DNA from: an uncultured Ruminococcus sp.
Lineage (GTDB): Bacteria; Bacillota; Clostridia; UBA1212
Assembly: GCA_902782645.1 (NCBI GenBank)
Contig: CACZNV010000115.1
Coordinates: forward strand, 1 to 44,273
Direction of reading: 5' to 3'
Length of the DNA stretch: 44,273 nt
Shown here: piece after piece, positions 10,613 through 20,211 of the stretch
Position numbering within the stretch: position 1 is the stretch's first letter
Layout: each line of letters opens with the position of its first letter
The notes under the pieces: model-generated
The model's input: the letters and a program-made list of their open reading frames with translations, nothing else
The model's database searches: none
Told to the model about the DNA's origin: nothing
Made by a program: the position numbers and the translations under genes

Positions 10613-12046
10613 TCATCTTGGCAGCACCACGCCTGCGTTAAATGCGGCGATGCCGGGGCCCACCTGGGCGTCGATATATTCCTTGGCGGCAGTGGCGTGA
10701 GTCACACCGAAAGAGGTGTTCAGGAGCCCGTACTGCGCATTTGCCTCATCGCTTTCCAGGGCCTTCCTCAGCGGAATTATGTTGGTGATGATACGCGCGT
10801 TCTGAGAATATCTGTGGCTCCAGAGGGGCTCGTAATCCGCGCTGATCACCAGGGCCTCGCCCGTTGAATACTTTCTGATTGTGAGTTTGGCCATCAGCTC
10901 GTTCTCCGTGAGCCAGGCGTAGTCGTAATTCTCCTGGAAAGTGGTGCGGTTCTGGGCGCTGGCGAAATTGCCAAGAGAATAGAAGCAGATCATCCGGTTG
11001 CGTCCGTCGTATGAAACGTAGGTGTCAACGGGCTGGACCACGTGGGGATGCATGCCTATCAGGGCGTTCACGCCAATGTTGCACAGGTTCTGCGCAATAT
11101 CCCGCTGCTCATTGTTCGCCTGCTCTTTGTACTCCTCGCCCCAGTGGATAAACACTATGATCACATCCGCTCCGTCAGCCTTTAATTCGGTTGTTCTGCT
11201 GCGAACCTCGTCATAGAAGCTGTCGAGTCTTGAGGAGTGGAAGGAATCAATAAGCGGGACGTCTCCGCTGTCCACGGGTATGCCGTTCAGGTATTTTTTG
11301 GTGGCGTCGCCCTGAGAGGAGCCCGACTCGTATGTGTAGTTCAAAAAGCCTATTTTGACGCCTTTTACATCATAGACGCCGTAGCTCTTTTCGCTTTCGG
11401 AGGTTCTGGTGCCGTAGACGGTCAGATCATTGTCCTTCATGACCTGCTGGGTGCGCATAAAACCGTTGTGCCCCTTGTCGTAGGTGTGGTTGTTTGCGTA
11501 GAGAGACACCTTGAAGCCGCTGTTACGCATTGTCGTCAGTATATTGTCGGGAGCGTTGAAGGAGGGGTAGGCGCTGTAGCCTACATCCTCGCCTGCGCAG
11601 GTGTCCTCAAAATTGAAAACCGCAAGATCAGCCCCCTCCGCAATGTCTTTTACATACTGAGTTATCTCGGAAAAGTCGTATTCGCCCTTGCCGTAGGCCT
11701 TTGCGCTCTGCCACATTGACGTGTAAATGATCACATCGCCAACGGCCGCCAGGTTTATGTCCGAAAATGTCACAGGCTCCGGCGTTGGCGTCTCCCCGGG
11801 AGTGGGCTCCGGCGTTTCGGCGGCCTCGGGGGTCTCCGTTGGCGTCTCAGTCTCCGTTGCCTCCGGCGTCGCGGTTTCAATAATTGCCGTCGGATCCGGT
11901 ACAGGCGTCTTCACCGGCTTCTTTTCCGCTTTGAAACTGGTGTGAATTCCGTTGAGAACAATATACAGGAAGAAGCCGACAACGGCCGCCGCCATCACGC
12001 AAATCAGTATCCAAAGTATTATTTTAAACTTTCTTGCCTTGCTCAT
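10613..12046 (-). CDS. CapA / PGA_cap family metallophosphatase-fold protein, membrane anchored
   Basis: N-terminal TM helix, a Thr/Pro/Glu-rich linker, then AAVGD and FIHWGEEY motifs characteristic of CapA-family proteins. Confidence 0.8.
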   Translation of the reverse strand: MSKARKFKIILWILICVMAAAVVGFFLYIVLNGIHTSFKAEKKPVKTPVPDPTAIIETATPEATETETPTETPEAAETPEPTPGETPTPEPVTFSDINLAAVGDVIIYTSMWQSAKAYGKGEYDFSEITQYVKDIAEGADLAVFNFEDTCAGEDVGYSAYPSFNAPDNILTTMRNSGFKVSLYANNHTYDKGHNGFMRTQQVMKDNDLTVYGTRTSESEKSYGVYDVKGVKIGFLNYTYESGSSQGDATKKYLNGIPVDSGDVPLIDSFHSSRLDSFYDEVRSRTTELKADGADVIIVFIHWGEEYKEQANNEQRDIAQNLCNIGVNALIGMHPHVVQPVDTYVSYDGRNRMICFYSLGNFASAQNRTTFQENYDYAWLTENELMAKLTIRKYSTGEALVISADYEPLWSHRYSQNARIITNIIPLRKALESDEANAQYGLLNTSFGVTHATAAKEYIDAQVGPGIAAFNAGVVLPR

Positions 12047-12074
12047 TTTTTCCTATTTTACCGCCAATTCTTAC

Positions 12075-13061
12075 TTAAGCCGCTTCTTTTTCCACATGTC
12101 TCAGCTCAATTATGGAAACCTCCGGATGGCTGAAAAACCTGAATCCGGATTCTACGCCGAGACCGCCGCTTATATAATTGTACCGCCCCGCATCGTCCAC
12201 GCTGAGCCCTTTGAGAGATTTCTCCTGGGGGAACCAGCCCTCATCCTCCGAAAACAGCGCTCCGAACACGGGCAGCCTGTACTGACCGCCAAGGGTATGC
12301 CCCGAAATGCACAGATCGTAATCGATCTCGGTTATCATCCGCTTGTTGACGTCCTTAAGATGCCTCGTCACGTTGTAGTTTATGGGCTTGTGGGTCACGC
12401 AGATGCTGAAATCGTTGTCCTGGTCAAAATCCAGCTTGTTCATCAGCTCTTTTTCGTACTTAATACCTGTGAGATAGATGGAGTCACCCGCTTCATTGGT
12501 GATTTTCTGGGCGGGATACACGAACTTGACGCCGCAGTCCTCAAAATACTCCATCACAGCCGTCTTTTCAGGGGGAATTATGCACATCTTCCACTTGTCG
12601 CTGTTCTTGCTCACATTCTCGGGCTTGTAGTCGCAGTCGCCAAGGATATAGTACATTGGAACCCCTTCCCTGATGCAGGCCGCCAGGTCCCTGATAAAAT
12701 ACTCCACGTCCTCCTGCCTGCCCGCGTAATCGCCTGTGAACAGAACCAGGTCGTAATCAAGCTTTGCAAGCATTTTCTTGAGATCCGCCTGCCTGTCGCC
12801 GTACTCCGCGCCGTGAAGGTCGCTTATCTGAAGTATCTTGAACCCGTCAAAGGACGCGGGAAGCTGCTCGCTTTTCACAACAGCCCTTGAAACAACCGGC
12901 TTTGCGCCGTACCTGAGACCCACAACGGCAAACACAATGAGTAATGTCAGGATGACGCCAATAATAACAAGGGGCACAATGGGCCTTTTCTTCTTTTCCT
13001 CGATGAAAAAGCTGTCCTTTGTGCTGCGCGAGATATACCGGCTGTCCTTCAGTTTTTTCAT
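12075..13061 (-). CDS. Membrane-anchored calcineurin-like metallophosphoesterase
   Basis: TM helix followed by ILQISDLHG, FTGDYAG and ISGHTLGGQ motifs. Confidence 0.8.
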   Translation of the reverse strand: MKKLKDSRYISRSTKDSFFIEEKKKRPIVPLVIIGVILTLLIVFAVVGLRYGAKPVVSRAVVKSEQLPASFDGFKILQISDLHGAEYGDRQADLKKMLAKLDYDLVLFTGDYAGRQEDVEYFIRDLAACIREGVPMYYILGDCDYKPENVSKNSDKWKMCIIPPEKTAVMEYFEDCGVKFVYPAQKITNEAGDSIYLTGIKYEKELMNKLDFDQDNDFSICVTHKPINYNVTRHLKDVNKRMITEIDYDLCISGHTLGGQYRLPVFGALFSEDEGWFPQEKSLKGLSVDDAGRYNYISGGLGVESGFRFFSHPEVSIIELRHVEKEAA

Positions 13062-13118
13062 TGGCGTTGCTCCCGATCCGAAATGCGCATTTTTTTGGTG
13101 CTTTTTGGTGCCTTGCCG

Positions 13119-13150
13119 GCGCCTGCCCCGGGGTTTCCGGCGGCAGGCGC
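13119..13150 (-). other. GC-rich stem-loop at the predicted 5' end of the metallophosphoesterase operon mRNA
   Basis: GCGCCTGCC/GGCAGGCGC (13119-13127 with 13142-13150) plus an inner CCGG/CCGG stem. It lies just downstream of the - strand promoter at 13159-13188. Confidence 0.45.
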
Positions 13151-13158
13151 TTTGGCTT

Positions 13159-13188
13159 ATTATACCCTTTTTCGGCCTTCTTCTTCAA
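13159..13188 (-). promoter_or_regulatory. Candidate sigma-A promoter of the metallophosphoesterase-CapA-PHP operon (TTGAAG-18-TATAAT on - strand)
   Basis: Reverse complement of 13183-13188 is TTGAAG and of 13159-13164 is TATAAT. Confidence 0.5.
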
Positions 13189-13203
13189 CACTGTTGTGCC
13201 GTG

Positions 13204-13245
13204 AAAAAGGCGCCCGCGGCCCCGGGGGAGTTGGGGCCGCGGGCG
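13204..13245 (-). terminator. Orphan - strand intrinsic terminator (no - strand gene upstream of it)
   Basis: Perfect 13-bp stem CGCCCGCGGCCCC/GGGGCCGCGGGCG (13211-13223 with 13233-13245). On the - strand it is followed by CCTTTTTCAC. Confidence 0.5.
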
Positions 13246-13310
13246 GGCTGCATTGGCGGTTTCGGCGGTATTTCCCTATAAAATTCTTTAAAATTTATTA
13301 AAAAAGGGGG

Positions 13311-13340
13311 TTGAAATGGGTCTGCCTTTTGTTGTAGAAT
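13311..13340 (+). promoter_or_regulatory. Candidate upstream promoter for rpmH (TTGAAA-18-TAGAAT)
   Basis: TTGAAA at 13311-13316 and TAGAAT at 13335-13340. Confidence 0.35.
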
Positions 13341-13361
13341 TATCTCCCTTGTGGTCTTTGC

Positions 13362-13391
13362 TTGACACAAAGGGGTTTTGGGTTGTATACT
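13362..13391 (+). promoter_or_regulatory. Candidate sigma-A promoter for rpmH-rnpA (TTGACA-18-TATACT)
   Basis: TTGACA at 13362-13367 and TATACT at 13386-13391, about 45 nt upstream of the rpmH ATG. Confidence 0.5.
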
Positions 13392-13437
13392 TTCCCGAAG
13401 GCTGCAACCATTCACATTACAGGAGGTGTAATCGGAA

Positions 13438-13572
13438 ATGATCAGACCATTCCAACCTAACACAAGACAGAGAAGTAAGGTTCACGGCTTCAGAGCAAGA
13501 ATGTCCACCGCTAACGGCAGAAAGGTTCTTGCAAGAAGAAGAGCGAAGGGCAGAAAAGTTCTCTCCGCTTGA
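13438..13572 (+). CDS. rpmH: 50S ribosomal protein L34
   Basis: Not in the ORF track (<60 aa). Translation [44 protein letters not shown] is unmistakably L34. AGGAGG RBS upstream. Confidence 0.95.
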   Translation: MIRPFQPNTRQRSKVHGFRARMSTANGRKVLARRRAKGRKVLSA

Positions 13573-13665
13573 TTTGCATACTCTCTCTCTGCGGACTCGC
13601 TTTGCCGACTGCCGACCGGCTGTAGTTTTCTTGGTTGATCCAAAGACATTTAAGGTGGCAGGAAT

Positions 13666-14121
13666 ATGAAAGAAAGTTTTTCCGTAAAAAATCACTACGA
13701 GTTCCGGCGGGCCTACAACAAGGGTACCCGGAAAGGCGGCCGCTATATGGTCGTTAACGTAACAAAATCCTCTCACGAAGAGTCCAGACTGGGAATCTCC
13801 GTGAGCAGGAAATTCGGAAACAGCGTACAGAGAAACCGTTTTAAGCGGCTTGTGCGCGAAAGTTTCCGGTCCGTTCGCAGTGATCTGTCCGGCAAATACG
13901 ATATCATAGTCACGGCCCGGTATTCCGAGCGTGCGGCTGCGAATCCCCAGCGTAAATTGCGTGCTGTATATGTACCTTCTTCTTCCGAGGTTCACCGTGA
14001 GTTTGTACGGATATTGAGAACACTCGGAGTTTTGGCATATAAAAGCGACATTTCGGGCTCCGAAAACTCCCCCGGAGAGGCTCCGGACAGGGTTTCGGAC
14101 AAGGAACTGCAGGACAGCTGA
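13666..14121 (+). CDS. rnpA: Ribonuclease P protein component
   Basis: [32 protein letters not shown] (RNR motif) and position after rpmH. It has a ~30-aa C-terminal extension relative to typical RnpA. Confidence 0.9.
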   Translation: MKESFSVKNHYEFRRAYNKGTRKGGRYMVVNVTKSSHEESRLGISVSRKFGNSVQRNRFKRLVRESFRSVRSDLSGKYDIIVTARYSERAAANPQRKLRAVYVPSSSEVHREFVRILRTLGVLAYKSDISGSENSPGEAPDRVSDKELQDS

Positions 14122-14134
14122 CACACTTTGGGCC

Positions 14135-14377
14135 ATGAAAAAGTTTTTCTTGATGCTTTTGAACATTCCGAAGTCGGTTTTATTGGGGATTATACGGTTT
14201 TACCGCCGTTTCATCTCCCCTATGAAGCGTCCCTGCTGCCGTTTCTACCCCTCTTGTTCGCAATACGCAACCGACGCGATCAAAAAGCACGGAGCCGTAA
14301 AAGGTTCCGGCATGGCTGTTTGGCGTATTATGAGATGCAATCCGTTCGGAAAAGGCGGATACGATCCCGTAAAATAG
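14135..14377 (+). CDS. yidD: Membrane protein insertion efficiency factor YidD
   Basis: YRRFISP...[11 protein letters not shown]...[13 protein letters not shown] signature. Confidence 0.9.
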   Translation: MKKFFLMLLNIPKSVLLGIIRFYRRFISPMKRPCCRFYPSCSQYATDAIKKHGAVKGSGMAVWRIMRCNPFGKGGYDPVK

Positions 14378-14454
14378 CTTTTCGCAAACAAATTGCCGTC
14401 AGATAAGGCGGAGGCGCCCTGCCTGCGGCGATCTCTTTAACGAAAGGATTCTCG

Positions 14455-15315
14455 ATGTTCAATTTCTTGCTACAACCGTTCGGTTTAATACTGCAGTACA
14501 TCTACAAGTATCTGGCATTCGGAAACTACGGTATTGCAATTATCATCTTCACGCTGTTTGTGAAAATCTTGTTGTTCCCCCTCACTCTCAAACAGCAGCT
14601 TTCAACGATTAAGACTCAGGCCCTTCAGCCTGAACTTGCCGCACTGAAGAAAACCTACGGTAAAGACAACCAGGCACTGATGCAGGAGCAGCAGAAGCTC
14701 TACACAAAGTACGGCGTCAACCCGATGGCGGGCTGTCTTCCCACGCTTCTGATGTTCCCGGTAATCATTGTCGTCTACCAGATCATACGCGGACCTTTGA
14801 CCTTTATTTCCGGGCTTTCTTCGGAAACACTGAAGGGTCTTTCAGAACTCGCCAAGGCAGGTAGCATCGGCACAGACGAGCTCAGCATGAACTCCTGGCT
14901 GCTTTCAGGCTCCGGCGTCCCCGATTCCGCAGCCCAGCTTCTTGGCAATTCCCCGCTGGTAAACATGCATTTTCTCGGTCTTGACCTGGGAATCGTTCCC
15001 ACAAGAGCTTTTTCGTCTTCGTTCTGGACATATGCGCCGCTGCTTCTTATTCCTGTGCTGGTTCTCGTTTCCCAGTACATCGTTCAGTGGTACAGCTCTC
15101 CCACGAGAGGACAGAAGAAAGAAAAAGGTCAGAAAGACCCCACTCAGAGAGGCATGGGCCTCATGATGAAGATCATGCCGCTCATGACGTTTGTTATCGC
15201 GCTCATCACACCTGCAGCACTTGGTTTCTACTGGCTTGTGAGCAACCTGTTCACGCTCCTGCAGACATTCCTGATCAATACATTCTTTATCAAAAAGAAT
15301 GAGAAAGAGGTATAA
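14455..15315 (+). CDS. yidC: Membrane protein insertase YidC/Oxa1 family
   Basis: Five-TM YidC core (LLFPLTLKQ, GVNPMAGCLP, PAALGFYWLVSN) with a basic C-terminal region. Synteny with rnpA and jag. Confidence 0.9.
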   Translation: MFNFLLQPFGLILQYIYKYLAFGNYGIAIIIFTLFVKILLFPLTLKQQLSTIKTQALQPELAALKKTYGKDNQALMQEQQKLYTKYGVNPMAGCLPTLLMFPVIIVVYQIIRGPLTFISGLSSETLKGLSELAKAGSIGTDELSMNSWLLSGSGVPDSAAQLLGNSPLVNMHFLGLDLGIVPTRAFSSSFWTYAPLLLIPVLVLVSQYIVQWYSSPTRGQKKEKGQKDPTQRGMGLMMKIMPLMTFVIALITPAALGFYWLVSNLFTLLQTFLINTFFIKKNEKEV

Positions 15316-15317
15316 TA

Positions 15318-15932
15318 ATGGCAAGAACCACAATAAAAAAGGCCAAAACGGTCGAAGAAGCAATCTCTCTTGCATTGGAAGAACTCGAAATAGATATTGA
15401 AAGCGCAGATGTCGAGGTGCTCGGAAACGAAGATGATTTTTCCGTCGTCAAAGTGACCGAACACATTTCCGACGAAACCAAATTATCCGCTTTTCTCAAG
15501 GAAATCATGTCCTATCTTGGCGTTGAGGGAGAAATCGTATTCTCATATCCGGATGAAGAGACCATCAAGATCGACATCACCGGAAGCAACGTAAGCGGTG
15601 TAATCGGAAAGCGGGGAGACGTGCTTTACGCCATCTCTTATCTTTCCAATATTATCGTAAATAAAGACAAAAGTGCTTTCAAGAGAGTTATTGTCGACTG
15701 CGAAAATTACCGCACCACCAAGGAGAAAAAGCTCATCGATCTGGCAAACAGCACAGCAGCCCGCGTCTGCAAATACCGCAGGCCCATCCAGCTGCCGCCA
15801 ATGCCCGCCGCAGAGCGCAGGATCATCCACACAGCCCTCCAGTCAAACCGCATGGTTGAGACCGAGAGCTTCGGCGTTGAGCCTCAGCGCTGCGTTGTGA
15901 TCAGACTGAGACCGTACACAAAGGTAATCTGA
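15318..15932 (+). CDS. jag: Jag/KhpB RNA-binding protein (Jag_N, KH, R3H)
   Basis: N-terminal KTVEEAISLALEEL, a central KH-like GKRGDVL, and an R3H motif ERRIIHTAL. Synteny fits. Confidence 0.9.
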   Translation: MARTTIKKAKTVEEAISLALEELEIDIESADVEVLGNEDDFSVVKVTEHISDETKLSAFLKEIMSYLGVEGEIVFSYPDEETIKIDITGSNVSGVIGKRGDVLYAISYLSNIIVNKDKSAFKRVIVDCENYRTTKEKKLIDLANSTAARVCKYRRPIQLPPMPAAERRIIHTALQSNRMVETESFGVEPQRCVVIRLRPYTKVI

Positions 15933-15934
15933 CC

Positions 15935-17338
15935 GTGATTCCCAGCGAAAATGACACCATTGCCGCAATTTCGACCCCTGTAGGCAACGGCGGCATCGCA
16001 ATAATACGACTTAGCGGACAAGACGCGTTTACCATTGCTGACAAGATCCTTTGCGGAAGCAAGAGTGGCGTCTTGTCTGCTTTTGTGTCCGAAATGGAGG
16101 ACCACACGGTTCGGCACGGCTATGTTTTTGACTTCTCGGGCAGCCGTCCGGAGCTCATTGACGAGTGCCTTGTGACCAAAATGACCGCCCCTCGCACTTA
16201 TACCACGGAAAACACGGTGGAAATCAACTCCCACGGTGGCTATTCGGTGGTAAACAAGACCCTGGAGCTTCTTCTTAAGGCCGGTGCGAGAGCTGCGGAG
16301 CCTGGTGAGTTCACGAAGAGGGCTTTCCTTGGCGGCAGAATCGATCTTTCCAGCGCCGAAGCGGTCATGGATCTCATCAACGCCAAGACCGACAACAGCA
16401 GAAGGGCGGCCATTTCGGGACTTTCCGGGCGTATCGGACGGGAGATAACCGCCGTCTGCGACGCCATAACCTCAGCTATTGCGGCAATTGACGTCTCCAT
16501 TGAGTATCCGGAGTACGAGTTCGACGAGGCTGTAGGAAAAGACGCCCTGGTCACCGTCGGGGACCAGATAAAAAGGCTTGAAGCCCTCAGCAGCACCTAT
16601 TCTCAGGGAAAAATCGCCAAGGAGGGGGTCTCGGTGGTAATTGCCGGCAGCCCCAACGCGGGAAAATCCACCCTGATGAACCTATTCTGCGGTACCGACA
16701 GGTCCATCGTCACAAACGTGCCCGGTACCACGAGGGATCTCATCGAGGAGCAGATTCAGCTTTTCGGCTTCCCTGTGACCCTGACAGACACCGCAGGCAT
16801 AAGGCAGACCTCAGATATTGTCGAAAAAATAGGTGTGGACAAGGCCATGGACGCAATCTCCGCAGCAGACCTTCTGCTTTACGTTGTTGACGCCCTTGAG
16901 CCTGTCGTTGAGGATTCGCTGCTTGGCGATGTGCCCGGGAGCCTTAAAAAGATATTCATTATAAATAAGACCGACGCAAGAGAGGACGTGGCGGCTGTGA
17001 GAGCGCTGCTCCCTGAAGATGCGGCGGTGGTGGAAATGTCCGCGCTTACCGGCAGCGGCTCCGGGGAGCTGTTTCAGGCCATTAAGGACACCCTTCTGCT
17101 GGGTAGCTTTGACTTCACCAACGAGGCAGTCATCACTTCAAAGAGACACAAGCAGCTCATTGACGAGGCCTGCGATCTTTTAAGGCTTTGCGTTAAGAGC
17201 AACGAGGACGGAATGCCCCTCGACTTTGTGGCGGAGGACCTGAGACTTGCCGCGGACAAGCTTTGCGAGATTCTCGGGAAGAATATTTCCGAGGATGTCA
17301 TTAACAATATTTTTCAGCATTTTTGCGTTGGAAAATAG
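15935..17338 (+). CDS. mnmE: tRNA modification GTPase MnmE
   Basis: GTG start. DTIAAISTP N-terminus, G-domain motifs GSPNAGKST and DTAG, C-terminal FCVGK. Confidence 0.95.
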   Translation: MIPSENDTIAAISTPVGNGGIAIIRLSGQDAFTIADKILCGSKSGVLSAFVSEMEDHTVRHGYVFDFSGSRPELIDECLVTKMTAPRTYTTENTVEINSHGGYSVVNKTLELLLKAGARAAEPGEFTKRAFLGGRIDLSSAEAVMDLINAKTDNSRRAAISGLSGRIGREITAVCDAITSAIAAIDVSIEYPEYEFDEAVGKDALVTVGDQIKRLEALSSTYSQGKIAKEGVSVVIAGSPNAGKSTLMNLFCGTDRSIVTNVPGTTRDLIEEQIQLFGFPVTLTDTAGIRQTSDIVEKIGVDKAMDAISAADLLLYVVDALEPVVEDSLLGDVPGSLKKIFIINKTDAREDVAAVRALLPEDAAVVEMSALTGSGSGELFQAIKDTLLLGSFDFTNEAVITSKRHKQLIDEACDLLRLCVKSNEDGMPLDFVAEDLRLAADKLCEILGKNISEDVINNIFQHFCVGK

Positions 17339-17381
17339 TTTTTCACAAACTTCTTTACAAAAATAATTATTCGAGGTAATT

Positions 17382-19340
17382 ATGGGATTTTATGCGGGCG
17401 AATATGATATTTGCGTGGTAGGTGCCGGGCACGCCGGAGCTGAGGCCGCTCATGCGGCTGCAAAGCTGGGCTTTCGCACGGTTATTTTTGCGATCAATCT
17501 TGACAGCATCGGCAACATGCCCTGCAACCCCAGCATTGGCGGCACTTCAAAGGGGCAGCTGGTGAGGGAGATTGATGCCCTTGGCGGTATCATGGGAAAG
17601 ATGGCGGACAGAGCCACCATTCAGTCTAAAATTCTCAACAGGGCAAAGGGGCCCGCGGTTTACTCTCTGCGCGCCCAAATTGACCGCAGGCGCTACCAGA
17701 CTTTGATGAAGCACGAGCTTGAGCTCACGGAAAACCTTGACGTCAAGCAGGGCGAAATCGTCAACATTCTCTGCGAAAAGGGTGAAGGGGACTCAGTTCC
17801 CCACGTTACCGGGGTTGTGACTCACACCGGGGCCGCCTACAGATGCAGGGCGGTGGTTCTTTGCACAGGTACCTATCTTAAGGGAAAAATTATCATTGGC
17901 GACGTCAATTATCCCGGCGGTCCTGACGGGCTTTTCCCCGCAAACAGTCTCACGGCAAGGCTGGCCGAGCTGGGCTTTACCATTTTGAGGCTCAAAACCG
18001 GCACACCGGCAAGGGTTCTCCGCAAGAGCATCGACTTTTCCACCATGATACCCCAGCCCGGAGACGAGATTCCGACTCCTTTTTCCTACGAAACCGAGTC
18101 TTTCGCCGTGGACGAGATTCCCGTGTACCTCACCCACACCACACCTGAAACAAAAGAGATTATCACGAGCAACATCCACCGCTCGCCGCTCTTCAACGGC
18201 TCCATCGAAGGTGTAGGACCCAGATACTGTCCCTCCATCGAGGACAAAATCATGCGTTTTTCCGATAAAGAGCGTCACCAGACCTTCATCGAGCCCATGG
18301 GCCGGGACACCGAGGAGGTCTATCTTCAGGGGCTGTCATCAAGTCTTCCCGAGGATGTGCAGCTTTCCTTTATAAGATCCATTCCGGGCATGGAGAACGC
18401 CTCCGTTTCGAGGCCCGCCTACGCAATAGAGTACGACGCCATAGATGCCAGACAGCTGAAGCTCTCTCTTGAGTCAAGAATCGTGTCCGGTCTTTTCTGT
18501 GCGGGCCAGATTAACGGTTCCTCTGGCTACGAGGAGGCAGCCGCCCAGGGTCTCATTGCCGGTATCAACGCCGCCAATCTCCTCCGGGGCCATTCGCCGC
18601 TCATAGTAGGGCGGGACGAGGGTTATGTCGGCGTGCTCATTGATGACCTTGTCACTCTGGGGACAAAAGAGCCCTACAGAATGATGACCTCCCGTGCGGA
18701 ATACAGGCTCCTTCTGAGGCACGACAACGCAGATCTGAGGCTCACCGAAAAGGGGTATGAAACAGGGCTTATCTCCGAAGAGAGATTTGCAAAATTCCTG
18801 CAAAAGAAGGCAAATATTGAGGCCGGCATCACCTATCTCGAGCAGGCCGTCGTGCCGCCCTCTCAAACCGTAAACGATTACCTTGCCGCCAAAAACAGCA
18901 CGCCTCTCAAGACCGGCGTCACCATGGGCGACCTTTTGAGGAGGCCGGAGCTTGGCATATACGACATACTTGCATTGGCGGTGGAAAGCCGTGAGATTTC
19001 AGAGGATATTGACGTCGCCAATGTGATCAAAGCCTGTGCGGGAAAGGACGCCGCAGCCATGAGCTCCAACTTCACGTCATCTATTCTTGAAGAGATTGAA
19101 ATCTCCGTTAAATACGCCGGTTACATCAAGCGTCAGGAGGCTCAAGTTCTCCAGTTTAAGAAACTGGAGTCCACAAAGCTCCCGGACAGCATCGACTACA
19201 AGAAGATTCCGACGCTAAGTCTTGAATCAAGAGAAAAACTTGCCGCCACAATGCCCGAATCCCTTGGCCAGGCAAGCAGAATCAGCGGAGTGACACCAAG
19301 CGATGTGGCCGCCCTTCTGGTTTATCTCAAAACACTGTAA
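17382..19340 (+). CDS. mnmG: tRNA uridine 5-carboxymethylaminomethyl modification enzyme MnmG
   Basis: FAD fingerprint [12 protein letters not shown] and full-length GidA similarity. Confidence 0.97.
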   Translation: MGFYAGEYDICVVGAGHAGAEAAHAAAKLGFRTVIFAINLDSIGNMPCNPSIGGTSKGQLVREIDALGGIMGKMADRATIQSKILNRAKGPAVYSLRAQIDRRRYQTLMKHELELTENLDVKQGEIVNILCEKGEGDSVPHVTGVVTHTGAAYRCRAVVLCTGTYLKGKIIIGDVNYPGGPDGLFPANSLTARLAELGFTILRLKTGTPARVLRKSIDFSTMIPQPGDEIPTPFSYETESFAVDEIPVYLTHTTPETKEIITSNIHRSPLFNGSIEGVGPRYCPSIEDKIMRFSDKERHQTFIEPMGRDTEEVYLQGLSSSLPEDVQLSFIRSIPGMENASVSRPAYAIEYDAIDARQLKLSLESRIVSGLFCAGQINGSSGYEEAAAQGLIAGINAANLLRGHSPLIVGRDEGYVGVLIDDLVTLGTKEPYRMMTSRAEYRLLLRHDNADLRLTEKGYETGLISEERFAKFLQKKANIEAGITYLEQAVVPPSQTVNDYLAAKNSTPLKTGVTMGDLLRRPELGIYDILALAVESREISEDIDVANVIKACAGKDAAAMSSNFTSSILEEIEISVKYAGYIKRQEAQVLQFKKLESTKLPDSIDYKKIPTLSLESREKLAATMPESLGQASRISGVTPSDVAALLVYLKTL

Positions 19341-19377
19341 ATTACCCGCTAGGGAATCACTTTAAGAAAGGCGGTGC

Positions 19378-20136
19378 GTGCAAATGACTTCAAAAGAAGG
19401 ATATGAACTGCTTAAAGCAGGGGCCTCGGAGCTGGGAATTGACGTCAACGAGAGCCAATGGGACTGCTTTTACGAATATATGACCCTCCTGAAGGACTGG
19501 AACACCCGTATGAACCTGACTTCCATCACGGAGGACGCCGCCATAATAACCAAGCACTTCGTGGATTCCCTCACTATAGCGCCTTATATAAAGGAGAGCC
19601 TTGAGGGAGGCGCCCCAAAAACCCTCTGCGACATAGGCACCGGTGCAGGTTTTCCCGGTATTCCTCTAAAAATAATGTTTCCGGAGCTGAAGGTGCTGCT
19701 GGTGGACTCCCTTAACAAGCGGCTGCTGTTCCTTGACGAGGTTATCGCAAGGCTGGGACTTCAAAAGGTTGAAACCGTGCACATGAGGGCGGAGGATTTC
19801 GGCAGAGACCCCCGTTTCCGGAACAAAACAGACTTTTCCACGGCAAGGGCGGTTGCTCCCATGAACGTGCTGCTGGAGCTCTGCACACCGGCGCTGAAAC
19901 CTGGAGGCATCTTTCTGGCGATGAAAGGCGGCCGCGATGAAGGAGATTTTGCTGCGGCCGCAAAAAAACTGTCCGTAAGGCTTGAAAAGACCGACCGGAT
20001 GACCATAACCACCGCTGAGGGAGGGCTTTCGGAGCAGACGGAGGCGGAACGAATCATTTACATATTCAAAAAAACATCGCCCACGGCTCCCATGTATCCC
20101 AGGAAAGCCGGAATGCCTTCAAAAAGTCCCCTTTAA
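19378..20136 (+). CDS. rsmG: 16S rRNA (guanine527-N7)-methyltransferase RsmG
   Basis: SAM motif DIGTGAGFPGIPL and synteny after mnmG. The start is GTG 19378 or ATG 19384. Confidence 0.92.
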   Translation: MQMTSKEGYELLKAGASELGIDVNESQWDCFYEYMTLLKDWNTRMNLTSITEDAAIITKHFVDSLTIAPYIKESLEGGAPKTLCDIGTGAGFPGIPLKIMFPELKVLLVDSLNKRLLFLDEVIARLGLQKVETVHMRAEDFGRDPRFRNKTDFSTARAVAPMNVLLELCTPALKPGGIFLAMKGGRDEGDFAAAAKKLSVRLEKTDRMTITTAEGGLSEQTEAERIIYIFKKTSPTAPMYPRKAGMPSKSPL

Positions 20137-20150
20137 AAAGGGGCTTTTTG
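20126..20150 (+). terminator. Weak intrinsic terminator overlapping the rsmG stop
   Basis: CCCCT/AGGGG stem around the TAA, followed by CTTTTTG. Confidence 0.45.
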
Positions 20151-20179
20151 TTGTTTAAACGCCTTGGCGGTGTTATAAT
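20151..20179 (+). promoter_or_regulatory. Candidate extended -10 promoter for tldD-pmbA (TTGTTT-17-TGTTATAAT)
   Basis: TTGTTT at 20151-20156, TG at 20171-20172, TATAAT at 20174-20179. Confidence 0.5.
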
Positions 20180-20211
20180 TGACACAATCTAAATATATGG
20201 AGGTAAAATCT

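Noticed and set aside
11780-11890. Repetitive GC-rich DNA with CTCCGG/CGTCTC-like units.
   Set aside because: It encodes the Thr/Pro/Glu-rich linker of the CapA-family protein on the - strand. It is not a CRISPR array or a non-coding repeat.
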